A stretch of DNA of 64,000 nt from the NCBI GenBank assembly GCA_048013815.1, contig CM106585.1, positions 21,824,001-21,888,000 of the forward strand. Direction: 5' to 3'. The notes under the pieces are model-generated. The model had not been told where the DNA came from. It did no database searches and was given only the letters and a program-made list of their open reading frames with translations. This stretch comes from Setoptus koraiensis (taxonomy: Eukaryota > Animalia > Arthropoda). Each line of letters opens with the position of its first letter. Positions within the stretch are counted from its first letter, which is position 1. The translations under genes and the position numbers were made by a program. Below are positions 12,005 through 23,278 of this stretch, in pieces.

Positions 12005-12451
12005 ATGACGTCTACAATTATTCTGAATTCATCTTCAGATAACTCACCCAAGACGGACAACGATGACAAAAAAGATAGGTCTGATAATTCTGTACCTTTA
12101 TGTGACATAAGGCTCAATGAATCGACAGTGCGTAACCTCATGGATTCATCCATTGGGATGATAACTTCAAATTGCGGCTACCACGCAGCCCAGCAGTCGA
12201 CTCTTGATATTTTGAACGATTTGTGTTGCGATTATATTAAAAAGATTGCTAATCTATTGAGAGTTTCGATAGACACAGAGGATTGGAGGGACGAGGACAG
12301 CGATTTCATTGATTCTATGGAAAGAGTATTTCACCAGATGAATGTACCATCACTGGCAATCATTCATCAGTATGTGTGTAAAACGAGAGCAATACAAAGA
12401 CACCAACAAGCTGTAAATGAGAGATCAAATCAAGATCTACCTCAAGTCTGA
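12005..12451 (+). CDS. SUPT7L: SUPT7L (STAGA complex subunit 65-gamma) histone-fold protein, minimal 148 aa
   Basis: RNLMDSSIGMITSNCGYHAAQQSTLDILNDLCCDYIKKIANLLRVSID...DSMERVFHQM resembles the SUPT7L histone fold (GF...ESVLETLTD...LLRFAVD...DVMEQVFHE). Start put at ATG 12005 because the longer ORF reads through the tRNA. Confidence 0.75.
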   Translation: MTSTIILNSSSDNSPKTDNDDKKDRSDNSVPLCDIRLNESTVRNLMDSSIGMITSNCGYHAAQQSTLDILNDLCCDYIKKIANLLRVSIDTEDWRDEDSDFIDSMERVFHQMNVPSLAIIHQYVCKTRAIQRHQQAVNERSNQDLPQV

Positions 12452-12621
12452 TGAAAACACTCTCGATTACTGATAACACTCCATTTATGTGATTTCTGAA
12501 CTATACTATCAAGAACAACAGTACACAATTACGTTATTGTCGTAGTAAGGACACATTAGTAAACCTCTGTAAATTTCTTTTTATTGAATGCTGACGTAGA
12601 ACCTATTCTATTAACGGTAAC

Positions 12622-13284
12622 TTACGTATTCGGAATACCCGACCTTCTGTTAGAGAAGAAGCTCCTCAAAATGAGCACCTGCACAACTCCACCCAAGACA
12701 ACAGCGAATGTCTCTAGGGCTGACCACCAGTTTACGTGTGAGTTAAGATCCTCAGCTCGTTTCCTTCCCTGAGACTCATTCAACCTGTAGTGAGTTTGGG
12801 CGTTCAATATCTGATTCAAGTTTTCATGAATTTGAGCTGCGGTCGCCTCTATCTTTGTCATTGCGGTAGCCGCTTGGTTGGTAGCATTGGGTAATGGATC
12901 CTCTTCCCCAACAGTAAAATCGAAGTAAACTAATTTGTGGCTGAATGTGGAAAATTCGTTGTTGAAACAGAATGTATACTGTCCTGGTATTGATGCAGTC
13001 CATTGGTGTGTATCGAATTGCTTCTTGATTCCTTGATATATAACAGTCTGTCTAGGATCGTACAATGTCATATCGACATCATAATATCCACCGGTAACCA
13101 CTTGAAACTCAATGTTAGCTTTGGTCCCAGCTGGAATATCCTCATGAAAGCATTGCTTAGCATTGTCGGGTAATTCAAAAGTAAGCTCTACCGACTTGCA
13201 TTGCACTAAAGAATTAAATAGTGATGATATGGTGAACAATGTTGCGATAGGTAACAACACCAGATTTTTGTATGTGGCAGCCAT
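12622..13284 (-). CDS. TMED7: p24-gamma GOLD-domain cargo receptor (TMED7/TMED3)
   Basis: Signal peptide, ELTFELPDNAKQCFHEDI...FQVVTGGYYDVD, FCFNNEFSTFSHKLVYFDF, ESQGRKRAEDLN, TM, LRSFF. Confidence 0.92.
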   Translation of the reverse strand: MAATYKNLVLLPIATLFTISSLFNSLVQCKSVELTFELPDNAKQCFHEDIPAGTKANIEFQVVTGGYYDVDMTLYDPRQTVIYQGIKKQFDTHQWTASIPGQYTFCFNNEFSTFSHKLVYFDFTVGEEDPLPNATNQAATAMTKIEATAAQIHENLNQILNAQTHYRLNESQGRKRAEDLNSHVNWWSALETFAVVLGGVVQVLILRSFFSNRRSGIPNT

Positions 13285-13582
13285 AATACTATTTTAACGT
13301 AGGCCTCAAAATTTCGATAATAGATATAATTTGATCCTATTATTGTCTTGAACTTTGATGATGTGGCTTGCTTAAATTTTTTATATATTGATGCCGAGAT
13401 TAACCGTGTATACATTCACTCTTACAATTGATTTTCAACGCTGACATGAAAACGGAGCTCATTCTGACAGCAGGTATTAGGCGGGGCATTCAAATTAATA
13501 GGCTAGCAAAATTGCGCCATGTGTTCTCATCTTCTGAACCCGGTTCGATAGATTATCACCGTAAGATGTGAAACTATAGAAA

Positions 13583-14467
13583 ATGGCTCTTCGAGCAACC
13601 ACATGCCTTAGATTATTCACGGAACATGTCGGAATCGGCAATATAAGCGAAACGTTGGTCAAAAGGAAATCAACCGAGATTCTTACTGCACGGAAGTTAT
13701 CTAGTAAGTCTAGGAAGCGCAATGAGTTCTCGGAGCCGAAGATCGTCATGGAGATAACTCAAGGAGTTGGAGGCCAAGAGGCAATGTTATTCGCAAGGGA
13801 AATGTTCGTCCTTTATTCAAAATACGCACAGTATAAGAGGTGGATATTCGATCTCATAGAAGAAGATAGGACATCCGATATTGGTGGACTGAAGAAAGGA
13901 CGAATTGAGATCGCAGGCCATGAATGTCTGAGGGACTTGATACACGAGCCCGGCGTTCACCGAGTACAGAGGCAACCTGTCAATTCGTCTAGATTGCATA
14001 CCTCCACAATAACCGTCGCAGTCATACCCATGTCTGTTTTGAACATCAAAGTTCTTGACAAAGATGTAGAAGTGCGGACCATGCGATCTCAGGGAGCTGG
14101 AGGGCAACATGTGAACAAAAGAGAGTCAGCTGTTAGAGTAACACACAAACCGACCGGTGTTATAGTCGAGTGTCAGGATAATAGATCGCAGATAGAGAAT
14201 ATGAAGATGGCCAAGGAGAAACTATTCACAAAGTTACAGGATTTAGAGTTTAATAGGATACACGAGAGTATTTCGACTACAAAAAGAAGTCAGGTAGGAA
14301 ATGCCAACAGGAATGAGAAGATTAGAACTTACAACTTCCCACATGATCGGATCACTGACCATAGAATCAAGAAAAGTTACCACAACCTCAGGGCTTTGTT
14401 TGACGGGGAAATGAGGATCTTAGACGAGATAGTGAAAGATCTGTGTGAAGACAGTTTGCAAGAGTGA
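13583..14467 (+). CDS. MTRF1L: Mitochondrial peptide chain release factor 1 (mtRF1a-like)
   Basis: Basic N-terminal presequence, GVGGQEAMLFA, E-GVHRVQR, HTST, GAGGQHVNK (GGQ), RTYNFPHDRITDHRI. Confidence 0.88.
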   Translation: MALRATTCLRLFTEHVGIGNISETLVKRKSTEILTARKLSSKSRKRNEFSEPKIVMEITQGVGGQEAMLFAREMFVLYSKYAQYKRWIFDLIEEDRTSDIGGLKKGRIEIAGHECLRDLIHEPGVHRVQRQPVNSSRLHTSTITVAVIPMSVLNIKVLDKDVEVRTMRSQGAGGQHVNKRESAVRVTHKPTGVIVECQDNRSQIENMKMAKEKLFTKLQDLEFNRIHESISTTKRSQVGNANRNEKIRTYNFPHDRITDHRIKKSYHNLRALFDGEMRILDEIVKDLCEDSLQE

Positions 14468-14653
14468 GAAGATCCTTCATCGGAACAATTGCCATATCTG
14501 TCCGATGCTCAAGTTTGAATCCTGACTATCAGCTCAGGAGATCACAAAATGTACGCCGTTTTAGTCAGCTAGCCTGCCAAACTATTTTCTCCTGTTAACT
14601 TAGTTTAAGCATTAAATTTAGTATTTAGATAATATTTATTAATGTTAATCGCG

Positions 14654-15323
14654 TTATTCCTCATCAGGCACTGTTATCTGACCTGCTTTAACTTTATCTA
14701 TTATATCGTGTGGTCTCATGCCTTCTACTGTGCAACCTACACTTTGCGATGTGCCTAAAACCTCTAGAACTGTTCCTTCCAGCTTTCTAGCCATACTTCT
14801 CGGCCTCATAGTTCGTCCAATGGCAACAATTTCATCGAAGGTAAGATTGCCAGAATGTTTGACATGCTTAACTTTCTTACGATCCCTGGGAGGTTCTTTG
14901 AGGGCTTTAATGATTAGCGAGGCAGCACTCGGAACAACATCTATGGTGGCTTGACGATTGATGATTGTAAGCTTACAGGTAACTTTAAGACCTTTCCAAT
15001 CTTGAGTTGCTTTCGCTATATCGTCACCTACTTTCTTTGGTGAAAGACCGAGAGGACCAATTTTGGGGGCCAACGATGAGGTAGCACCAGCCTCTCCACC
15101 AATAGCTCTTAGATAGACTGGAAATAGATGATGATGAAAAAGCATGGACGTTTCGAGTCAGATCATTAGATAGTTGTTAAGATGTGGATCGCCTTTGGTT
15201 GTTTCTGAGAACTAGATTATTCAGTAGTGATGAGAACAATAATGAATTGTTGATAGAAGACGTAATTGCATTACAACGATACTTACTAACTTTGGTTTCA
15301 GTAGGATCGAATTTTGGAGGCAT
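14654..15323 (-). CDS. RpL12: 60S ribosomal protein L12 (uL11), 2 exons, 166 aa
   Basis: Exon 1 is 15323-15287 ([12 protein letters not shown]), intron 15286-15118 (GTAAGT..CAG, 169 nt), exon 2 is 15117-14654 ([38 protein letters not shown]...). Confidence 0.97.
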
Positions 15324-17466
15324 GTTTGTGATTGTTTGTAATGTCTAAATGTACGTGTAATATATTTATATTGTATGTCCCTCAGGTAGGTCCTATAGAA
15401 ACAGGTTTGTTATCAATGACAAAATTGGAAATTTATCCTCCCTCAATTGGTTTCAATAAATATTGTCGGCCTGGGAAATGGAGTATTTAAATCTTAGAAA
15501 AGTACACTCTGTCGAAGCGCATCGGAGCGTTTTGCACATGAATTACACACAATGATAATATGGTATACAGGCAAACCGGCTTGAATTAGGAATGATTGCT
15601 TGAGTTGCTGCTAGAGAGAAAGCTGAAAAACGGAAACATGTCCATGCTGCGTTGTGTGTTCGCAATAGATTTCCACACTAAAAGTTGCGCGCCAAATTCG
15701 AAGAGGAAAAATTCAAAAAAAATCTCTGGCCGCAAGTTGCCAGCCTCGCATCGAATAGAAAACTAATCGTGATCAGGTATCTAATCATTATTCTCCGGTT
15801 GTTCGCCCTTTGGTAGATATTTGGTAGATATTATCAACATGCAAGCTCATAAATTTGTTGGTAATTTTTCTTTCATTGACGGATATTCTGGTAAGAATCG
15901 GATGCTGTTGCTACTCTCGACTTGATGATAAAATTAATCTAACAGAAAGGTATTCATTTAATGAATCATTTGCGAAATATTTGCTACTGATAAAATAAGA
16001 CGCCGAGATGTGAAAAAAGTACTGTCACTGCTTGCACCTTATTGCACTTGCATGTAAGAGATAATAATAATGTGATCACAAGCTATTTTCCATCATTAAT
16101 CGATTTGTTACTTCGGATCAAGGTCGATCTCATCATGTAATCATTTCCATCGTTATTGGAAGTTCATTGCCACAAACGATGAAATTCTCCCAAGCTAAGA
16201 AACTTCCAAGCATTGAATATATGCGGTATAGATTCAGCTGGACTCAATCAACTCTCTCGCCTATAAAGTAATGATAACAAATAAGTATTATACCTTCTAA
16301 GCGTGTCTAGTATGTGATATCGACAATGTCAGCCCGTCGATCTGTTTAAACCAAACTGGCAAATTATAATATGAGAATTAGTGTTGGTAGAGCCGTAGCC
16401 TTATAGAAGGGCCAACTTTGCATGAACGTTAGGCTAATTTATATTTTTATTGCTGTAGTTGTTGTTTAAACGGATTTCAAACATCATGATCACTGTTAGA
16501 GCTTATCGCAATTTAAGAGAGTACGATGTTATTGCTGGCAATTGATCAATCTAGAAACTCTCTCCATAGTTTCAACAGATAATTCTATTTGAATTTTAAT
16601 TGCCCTTCACCTAGAGCCTATGACCACCTACCTATCGGTGCCTATGTTTATACCGCTCTCTGGTTTGTTCAATAGTAATTGGTTGTAATTATTAACTACT
16701 GAACCGAGCAACGAAAAAGACAGTTCACTATTACAAAAGAAAACAAGAGATTGCTTCGATGCCTATACATACACCTTTCTATTTCCTTTATTATAGATTG
16801 TACATATAAATATATATATGTATGTTTATATATGTATATATAATAGATTGTTTTTGTAGCTCTCATCATCGCCAAGTCTGTTGATTTTCTTTCGTCAACA
16901 ACTAAACAAACACACTAGAGGAGGCTATATAGAAAGTAATACACATGGAAAGAATCAACAAGTATTCCTTTTTCTTCTTCTTTATTAATTTTGTTTGATC
17001 CCGCTCTTGAGGATCTTTCTTCTTGAACAATCAAGCGAGCAAAAGGCAGCAAATCCACCTGATGAGTATGTATATAAACACGGTACAAGATGCTTGTTGA
17101 TTAACTTCAACTGATTTATTTATTTATTGTTGGCACTGAAGACATGGCTTCTTTCACACCCTGCATCACAAAGCATGTTGGAAGGCACCTAGCTATTGTC
17201 CATAATAAACAAAAGAAAAGATGATGGTGTTGGCGTCAATAGTTATGGCCAAAGAGCCTTTACCAGGCTCCAACTTGAAGTTAGGCACTGTGGACTACAG
17301 TTGTCGAGCCCGGCTGTTTGACGACGCTTCTACATGGCTCAAAAGTTTGTTGAATGCACAAATAGAACTTGGCAAAAGTTTGTAGAGCCTAATCTAATCT
17401 GGTCACTGATGTGGATGGATTGCATAAATAAATTGAGAAAATAAGAAATCAAGTTAGCAGAGAGCA

Positions 17467-17469
<3 letters not shown>

Positions 17470-17520
<51 letters not shown>
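17470..17520. repeat. (GA)n microsatellite
   Basis: About 25 perfect GA units. Confidence 0.95.
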
Positions 17521-17524
<4 letters not shown>

Positions 17525-20500
17525 CGAAATTATTCCACGGCCTAGCTAGCGTAAAACATGGCAAACGACACAAAGAGTAGGAGAAGCGCGAAAAATGGTG
17601 ATTGTTTTGCGCCGATGTTTATGCATACAAACTCATGAGATTACACAACAGAATCCGTTCTGTAAAATCTTCGGTAATTCAATCTACATAACCAAGGGCT
17701 GCTATGTGATATAGCAACAATCGGATATTGGTATCTCTAGATAAACTATTCGGTGGAATCGATGATTGCGATTGCTTATATAATGTCTTGTACAATTCCG
17801 TGTCACGGAATCTGTGATAGGTCATGGTCTACCAGCGCTCGTTTTATCACCATGATATCGAACACTAGGTATTTTTCTATGAATCTGCATATGAATCTGA
17901 AGGTTCAGGTAGGTGGCAATAGTGAAAAGTCAGACATTTTGCAATGACATGATACAATATCGTGATTATCTATTCGTAATCATTGATCCACCAATTTACT
18001 GAGAATGCATGGGACTGCTCAACACATTGGATAAGTTTGCTTGCTTTTATGTAGTATAGATGATTGTAAAAATAAAATAAAACAAAGAATTTCGTAAAGA
18101 AAATGCAAAATAGTCGCTTCCGATTGTTGTTAATTGTGGTTGTGATGTTTCCATTTAACTATAGGCAGTCTGTCATTACACATAGCATTCAGTAAAGTGT
18201 ATATATTTGGCTTTTTTCTATATAGCTGAAACAATTAAGACATCATTACATCGGGCGGTGTTTATCGTATATACACAATGAGATATCCGCATGAAATTTT
18301 CGAAGAAACAAAAAAGAATAAGAATACAGAACTCCGCGATGCTTATACAATGCATGCCAACAAGCATATATTGTTGTTTGTGTACTAGTATAAGCTAAAT
18401 TTACAATTTTCTATTTTGCATATAATAGTTCTCAACTGCACAAAAGTTAACTTGTGCTTCTCTCAAACTATTGAATACTAACTAGCATGACTAGTATAGG
18501 TTGTCTACTGTATAACAAGCTTCTTCTAGAGACAAGCTTATGTTGTTTGTGCCTTTTGCAATCTTATTGAAACGATTGCCGTTTCGTCAATTGTTGGACA
18601 ACAAATTGAAGCCATCAATCCATAGATAACTACAGAGAGACGACTCTATGCGAGCCCCAGTCGTTGTCCTTACAACAATCATCATGTTGAAGGTATAAAC
18701 ATAGTTGATGAGCAATCATTAGCTTGACTGTGCATTGGTTAGTACATTGCAAACATCAATACCTTACAATTACTATAGAAATACCTTTAACCCTCTTGTA
18801 GATATAGGATCAGTCAGCTTGCTATTCTTACGGCTTATGAGAAAACGTTAATACTGTCTAATATTAAGGTAGTTTCTACTTTGAGTGTATGTGCACTTGT
18901 ATCTACGGATAGTTTGTAATGCATTTCAAATGGTGCATGCATAGATATAGATGGTTTGGCCGCAACGATTTGATTCAGACATTTTTAATTAGAGTGAGAC
19001 TTTTGACAAGAAAACTAATCCCACGAACCGTATATTCGTGACGCATTTCATCAGCAACGTGCTTATAGGCTAAACTCGTTATCAAGTAGTTACTAGATTA
19101 ACACTAGGCACCCAATGTGGCTTATGAAATACGATGATAGAAGAGGATATAATATGTATGCTGAGATGATTAGACTATTGGTCTCACTCGTTTGTAATGA
19201 CACAAATTTGACACATTATTCGATGTGAGCATTGCCCTATAACATAGTAAGACCACCAATTATCGGTGATGAGAGAAAAGCCATTCTATCGGTATAGTTA
19301 ATGATTAGCATATCCACAACCATACTGATAAAATGCATAACATGTATTGGAGCGGATAAAAAGAAAAGTCAGTTATGTTGAGGTCTATTGTGAGCACATG
19401 TTGCTGCTAGCTGCACTGTCTGAAAAGGGTTTAGTACCATTAGTACCATCACTGCACTGGCCATAGGTTGCTGGCATATACACCAACCATATTTTTGCTG
19501 TTGTTGTTGTTTCCTTTAACGGCATGGTCTGCTCAACTGTTTGCTGTTGTCCAGGTAAATGGTGGGCACTCAAAACAAACACTTTTCTCTAATCTATACT
19601 CATGCGGCCATCGAGAGTGTAGAAGCTGGCACCTTTTAATTGCCAAAGTCTCGACACTTGTTACGATAACACTGGACAAAAGGACATTGGTCAGCATTTG
19701 AGTATTGCACGGCTAAAGCCGTGTGAGGAGAGCTACCTAAAACCAATGGCCAACAAACAAAATAGCAAAGAATAATGTAATATAAAAATTAATGTGTGAC
19801 GTTATTGTTATGTAGTTGTCTCTAGATCATGATCATGATTTTCTCTGTTCGGTTTCTCTCTTGTTCTTATTCTTGCTCCTAACTCTTCATCGAACGCACT
19901 CACACACACACACACAAACATGGACGACACAAATTGTTTCGACATTGATTTGCCTTCTTTTAGCTGCCCTGTAATTTGCAATGTCCATGCATCTTGTTCC
20001 GTTGCAAGACTTTGCAAAAACTTTGCTTACCACACATTTATTGTTGTCTGTCCAGCACAAATACATGCATACACTCCTGCTATGGACCGTGTGTAGTATA
20101 GGGACGATGAGACAACTACAATGGTTTAGTGTAGACAATACTAATAATAATTGGTCAGTTGATTGCTGGCTCGAGTTGGATTGGCTTTAGTTTGTTGATC
20201 AGCTCGAGCAGTTGAGATCAACTTGTTGCAACTAAATACAATCGTACAATAAAACGCACACAGACACTAGATACACTCGTATCCACCAGTACCAATGTGT
20301 GTTTGTGATGTAGATTCTGGAAAAAGATGGTAATAACCATTGGCACCACTATCGGCTCAACTGGTCAACTAACCAAATGGCCGGCATTAACTACCCTTTA
20401 TCTCTTCCTGGGTACCACCATACTTACTCCATGCTCACACCATCAGCCGTAAATAGCTCATTACTCAAGTTGATTTTGTCAGAATTTGCTTGCAGTCCGT

Positions 20501-21775
20501 CACCTTTGAGATTTGCCGCTCAAAATAAAAACAATAATAATAATCTCTAGCCTTAGATTATGATCGTTGCGTTGTAACATGTCCGTTTTCGCAGTCCCCT
20601 TTTACAACAACATCTCTCTATCAGGCCTTCTCTTCTCTTCTATTCGCTCTTCTTCTTGCTTCTCACCGAGCTATCCAACAGCTATGGTGGCAATAATTGA
20701 GTGTTGTTTATTGCACTGTATGTATTCATTTGGTTTATATTTGAGTTTCGGCCGATATTGAGAAAAGCCCATAGAGATACATTGAATTAAGTGGGCGCGC
20801 TCGAACCTATAATGGCAAAAGCTCGAAACCGCTCGCTCACTTGATACGTGTGTTCAACTAGATTTACAAATACACACTCACAGACATCGATTAAATCTAT
20901 CCAAGTCACTCGTGCTGATTTGCAGCACAATCCCCGCGCATATAGATTCCTCACAATTTGCATGGATTCTATTTGGCTCGTTCAATCTGGTTTATTGCTC
21001 CAGTTGATTTAACCCACCAACGAATAGTTGGCTACTCTACTCTCACAAAACTCTAAACCTATCGCGACGACATTTCAAAAAGAAGCCGAAACATGTTCAC
21101 TGCGAAACAGTCTCACAACTACAACAACTGAGACAAAGAAATAAACGACGACGACGACGACGGCCACGACTGAGATGACAAACACAGGGATTCCTTGAGA
21201 TCCTAAATCAATTATATAAGAATATCCCCTCACACTGGCTGTGTTGGTCTGCTAAAGCAAGAAACGCAGATACAAAGTAGATAGCACCATTATAGCCAAG
21301 TGAAAACACCTGTCAGAGTGTCATAAAAATGGTATAGAAAGAGAAATTCTTGTATTGTACAAGGGATTGAAGGAAGAGAAGGATTTTTGACAACTTGCAG
21401 TGTTAGTATTTCTCACAGATGCAGATCTATGATCAACTTGTAGACAAATTTAATAATTTATTATCATTTATAAACCATGAAACCCTAGATTGCGTTATAA
21501 AGACATCATGTGTATTTGTATTTGTTTACAAGCAATTATATATGTATTTGTATGTCTATGTTCTTATGTTTACATGTAGAAATTTACTCTTCTTCTATGG
21601 TTTCGTTGCTTATTTTCTCATTTGTCTATGCATTTTTTTATCATTCTGACGACGCTTTTACAAAATCTGGCTGTGGGACACATGTCAGAAGTAACTCAAG
21701 TTTTAGAGGTAAAACTTGTAAACTAAACGAAAGTCAAGTATTATTTACACAACCAATTTAGTCAATCATGATTTG

Positions 21776-21853
21776 TTATGGTATGTATGGATGATGCTCA
21801 TGATAGTTTTCCTCCAACCTGAACACTGCATGCTGATTGTGATGATGCTGTGG

Positions 21854-21886
<33 letters not shown>

Positions 21887-22967
21887 TTGCTGTTGTTGCT
21901 GCAGTTGCTGGTGATGATGATGTTGTTGTTGTAGTTGTTGCTGGTGATGATGATGTTGTTGTTGTTGTTGGTAATGATAGTGAAAAGGCAAACTAGTCTC
22001 ACATAGACTAAATGGTTGGTGCTGAGACTCTTGTTGGTGCACTTGTGGTTGACCGTGATGATGATGGGCAACAAGATGATTACCGTTGAAGTTGCTCATA
22101 GAAGAAGACGCTTGACTGAAATGATGCTGATGATTGATGTCGGATGGAATGCGCTCTCTAGCGTCTTGGAAAGCTTTGGCGAATGGATTGAACTTAATCT
22201 TTAGCTTGGTAACCTATATCGAATTGATGAGTCAATTATAGGTAAAAAGTGTTCGAAAGAATTAACTTAATTTAAATCTATTGATGCAATGTCAACTAAA
22301 TGAAAAATCATTGATATTAACTTACATTCTCATTCTGGTAGGCAGTTACAGCAATAAATTGTGTCTCGGGAAATTCAAATGTGTCGATCTTGGCACATTT
22401 ATAAGGTTTATCCGCCACGCGAATAATGTGTACTTTCGGATCATATTTGTGCAACGAATTCAACACTACTTGACCCTTCTGATTGCTAGACTTGTTGGTC
22501 AATTTGGCTTTGGAAAAAGATACTGGTTCCTGCATCCAATGTGCACCGAAATTCGGGGAATCTGGATGTGTGTAGAGAGAGTTCTTTGAAGATGGTTCTG
22601 ATTTGCCCCCTGGCACCCATTCTCCATTAACGTACTTCCAGCGATGAGTTTCTCTTTGTACAAATTCTAAAGCTATGGTATACATCGCGCGGGGTTCAAG
22701 TCCATCTATTGACAAACGTACAACTGGAAACATCCGACGTCCACTCTTAGTGACAATCATCTCATTGACTTGCGAGTGAAACGTCTTCCACAGACCGATG
22801 TCTTCGAGACGTGCATCAATTGAGCTTATTTGTGGTGATGGAGGCAAATCTAGTGATGTAACATCTTGATGGTCATGTTGATCGTGGATGCTGCCGATGA
22901 CGTTTCTTCTTCCCGTATGATACATGGAATCTGCATGTATTAAATCAAGAATCTCATTTTTGTCCAT
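21776..22967 (-). CDS. Bra (TBXT/byn): Brachyury T-box transcription factor, 2 exons, ~359 aa
   Basis: Brachyury-specific motifs [46 protein letters not shown]. Intron 22325-22214 (GTAAGT..TAG, 112 nt) joins to [21 protein letters not shown] and a poly-Q/H tail ending TAA at 21776. Confidence 0.93.
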
Positions 22968-23278
22968 TTTTCTAACCAAATCTGGTACAGATACGAACTT
23001 TTAAGGGGCTTGAATTCAAAAATATATATTTAATGAACTTTAATGGGACTAATTTATTACATAGGCGAAGAGGTTACACTTAATTCACTCTATGGTATTT
23101 ATTGAGATAATAACTTGTCGCTAGAGACAATTGCAACTTTTATTTCACGCTTGTATTATCTATGTATGCAAACATGAAACACATATGAAACACATCGGAT
23201 GCTGTGTTATATACAACTGACATGAAATTAAATGATTCAACAGTGATGTTTCTCCGAGAAGGTTGCAGTGGGATAGAA

